From positions 128,001 to 192,000 of the forward strand of contig CAVWLP010000003.1 of NCBI GenBank assembly GCA_963755915.1: DNA of 64,000 nt, written 5' to 3'. The position numbers and the translations under genes were made by a program. Every line of letters starts with the position of its first letter. The first letter of the stretch is position 1. This DNA is from an uncultured Phycisphaerales bacterium. Lineage in GTDB: Bacteria > Planctomycetota > Phycisphaerae > Tepidisphaerales > Tepidisphaeraceae. This document shows, piece by piece, positions 62,055-64,000 of this stretch. A model generated the notes under the pieces. The model made no database searches. It worked only from the letters and a program-made list of their open reading frames with translations, and was not told the DNA's origin.

Positions 62055-62138
62055 ATCCTCAGAACCCCCTCCCTAACCCTCCGCGGGAACACCGGGGACG
62101 GGGAGAGAAGGCAAAAATACTACTCCTACAGGCCGCGG

Positions 62139-62168
62139 TTGACAATTACGATATATGATTGTATCGTA
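62139..62168 (+). promoter_or_regulatory. mntH promoter (TTGACA-17-TATCGT) overlapped by palindrome TACGATA-N8-TATCGTA
   Basis: Read directly from the mntR-mntH intergenic region. Confidence 0.6.
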
Positions 62169-62224
62169 TTTTGAGTAATCAAAATTATCAGGCCGAACGT
62201 CCGAATAAATATTTGTTCTGCGCC

Positions 62225-63661
62225 ATGAAAACGCCGTCCGAAAACTCGCTCGATTATGAGGCCGCGGTTCCGCTGGCCAAGCCCGGTCATCTCTCGCTGG
62301 AAGGGATGCACGGCTCGGTCGAGGTGCCGAAACATACGGCCGGGTTCTGGCCGCAGTGGCGAGCGTTCGTCGGGCCGGCGATTCTCATCAGCGTCGGATA
62401 CATGGATCCGGGTAACTGGGGGACCGATCTCTCCGGCGGAGCGGAGTACAAATACCAGCTCCTCTGGGTAGTCGCGGTCGCCAGCATCATGGCCATCTTT
62501 TTGCAGGTGATCTCCTCGCGGCTTGGGGTTGCCACGGGAAAGGATCTGGCGCAGTGCTGCCGGGACTGGTATCCACGCTGGACGCGGTTGCCAAATTGGC
62601 TGCTGTGCGAGATCGCCATTGGGGCGTGCGATCTGGCCGAGGTGCTGGGAAGTGCCGTGGCGCTGAACCTGCTGTTTCACATTCCCCTGCTTTGGTGCGT
62701 CATCATCACCGGCGCGGATGTGCTGCTGCTGCTGGCGCTGCAGCGCTATGGGATGAGAACCATCGAAGCCATCGTGCTGCTGCTGGTTGCCACGATTGCC
62801 CTGTGCTATTTCATCGAAATCTTTGTCCTGCCGCAGACGCAGCCGAGCTTCAGAGAAATGGGATGGGCGCTGATTCATCCCAGCCTCCACGGGGTCGGCT
62901 ATGCAAACGATCCCCAAACCATGGCGTTCCTGGCCATCGGCATCATCGGGGCGACCGTCATGCCTCACAACCTTTATCTCCACTCCGCCCTGGTGCAGAG
63001 CCGACGGCTGCAGCGCGATGATGCATCGATCCGCACCGCGATTCGTTTCAATGCGATCGATTCCACGCTTGCGCTGACCATCGCATTTTTTGTCAACGCC
63101 GCGATTTTGGTGCTGGCCGCCATCGTCTTCTACGGCAAATCCCAGGCCGTCGCCGGCGGGCAGGTTTACACTTTCGACGCCAACACCGATTGGATTCGCG
63201 TGGCTTATCTCACCCTCGCGCCGCTGCTGGGGACGTTTGCCGCCAGCCTTCTGTTTGCCATCGGGCTGCTTGCCAGCGGGCAAAGCAGCACGATCACGGG
63301 GACGCTTGCGGGACAGGTGGTGATGGAAGGATTCATGCACTGGCGGATCACGCCGTGGGTTCGGCGGCTGATCACCCGCTGCCTGGCGATTGCGCCGGCG
63401 ATTTTCATTATCGGCGTGCGCGGAAACAGCAGCGTGAACGATTTGCTGAATCTGAGCCAGGTTGTTCTGGCACTTCAGTTGCCCCTGGCCATGTTCCCGC
63501 TGCTTCATTTCGCGAGCTCTGAAAAACGGATGGGGAAATGGAAGCTGGGATACATCTTGCTTGTGGCCGGCTGGGGGAGTGCGATCCTGATAACGCTGAT
63601 GGATTTTTACGGCTTGCCCGATGCGTTCAAACAGGCATGGCAGGTGATTGTCGGTGGATGA
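62225..63661 (+). CDS. mntH: Nramp-family Mn2+/divalent metal transporter
   Basis: GYMDPGNW, GATVMPHNLYLHS, GQSSTITGTLAGQ.VMEGF. Confidence 0.95.
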   Translation: MKTPSENSLDYEAAVPLAKPGHLSLEGMHGSVEVPKHTAGFWPQWRAFVGPAILISVGYMDPGNWGTDLSGGAEYKYQLLWVVAVASIMAIFLQVISSRLGVATGKDLAQCCRDWYPRWTRLPNWLLCEIAIGACDLAEVLGSAVALNLLFHIPLLWCVIITGADVLLLLALQRYGMRTIEAIVLLLVATIALCYFIEIFVLPQTQPSFREMGWALIHPSLHGVGYANDPQTMAFLAIGIIGATVMPHNLYLHSALVQSRRLQRDDASIRTAIRFNAIDSTLALTIAFFVNAAILVLAAIVFYGKSQAVAGGQVYTFDANTDWIRVAYLTLAPLLGTFAASLLFAIGLLASGQSSTITGTLAGQVVMEGFMHWRITPWVRRLITRCLAIAPAIFIIGVRGNSSVNDLLNLSQVVLALQLPLAMFPLLHFASSEKRMGKWKLGYILLVAGWGSAILITLMDFYGLPDAFKQAWQVIVGG

Positions 63662-63722
63662 GCATTTGATTTCGCGCAGCGGGAAGCGACCGGTTAAGAT
63701 TGTTGGATAGCCAAGTGTTCTG

Positions 63723-64000
63723 ATGTATCAAAAGATTCTCGTCACCCTCGACGCCACACCGACTGATCGAGCGATCATCGATCACATCAAGCAGCTTGCC
63801 AAAGGACTGGGGAGTAACCTGGTGCTGCTGCATGTGGCCACCAGCGTTCCGGCGCAGTTGCTGGGTGCGGATGCGGCGGGAGAGGAGATCGGCGAGGACA
63901 TGGCCTATCTGCGCGAGGTGGAGGAGGAATTTAAATCTGCCGGGATTCCCGTGGAGGCCGAGCTTGCGTATGGCGACCCGGTTCGCGAAATCGTGAAGTG
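63723..64000 (+). CDS. Universal stress protein (3' end outside window)
   Basis: MYQKILVTLD...LVLLHVA...GDPVREIV. Confidence 0.85.
   Translation, partial: MYQKILVTLDATPTDRAIIDHIKQLAKGLGSNLVLLHVATSVPAQLLGADAAGEEIGEDMAYLREVEEEFKSAGIPVEAELAYGDPVREIVK

Overview
High-GC bacterial chromosomal segment, most likely Planctomycetota (Phycisphaerae/Tepidisphaerales-like). This is inferred from two DUF1559 prepilin-type/H-X9-DG genes, PEP-CTERM/dockerin proteins and LacI regulators. A short core block (dacB, DUF151 nuclease, a RelE/HTH toxin-antitoxin pair, argF, argB) lies between two divergent tRNA genes, each an integration hotspot. Leftwards of tRNA-Arg(CCG) (25315-25388, -) are three tandem att-bounded islands, marked by displaced tRNA 3' halves at 14725, 8499 and 5976. 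They carry (i) a degenerate integrase/Xis/T4CP/ParB element with two nested IS21s, (ii) a LacI-DUF1559-PEP-CTERM-GH16 module and (iii) a VapBC + M48 peptidase islet. Rightwards of tRNA-Ile2/Met(CAT) (32152-32224, +) is a ~10.2 kb island ending in attR at 42441-42491. Its tyrosine integrase reads through the att core, so excision would fuse it in frame to a 63-aa tail at the far end of the island, a recombination-dependent C-terminal swap. This is the most striking observation. The right third of the window holds a PAS kinase/NarL pair, cls, a ~2900-codon cyclic beta-1,2-glucan synthase, an IS inserted in the loop of a REP hairpin, and mntR-mntH-usp. Many genes show single-base frameshifts, often at homopolymers; these are most likely assembly/consensus errors.
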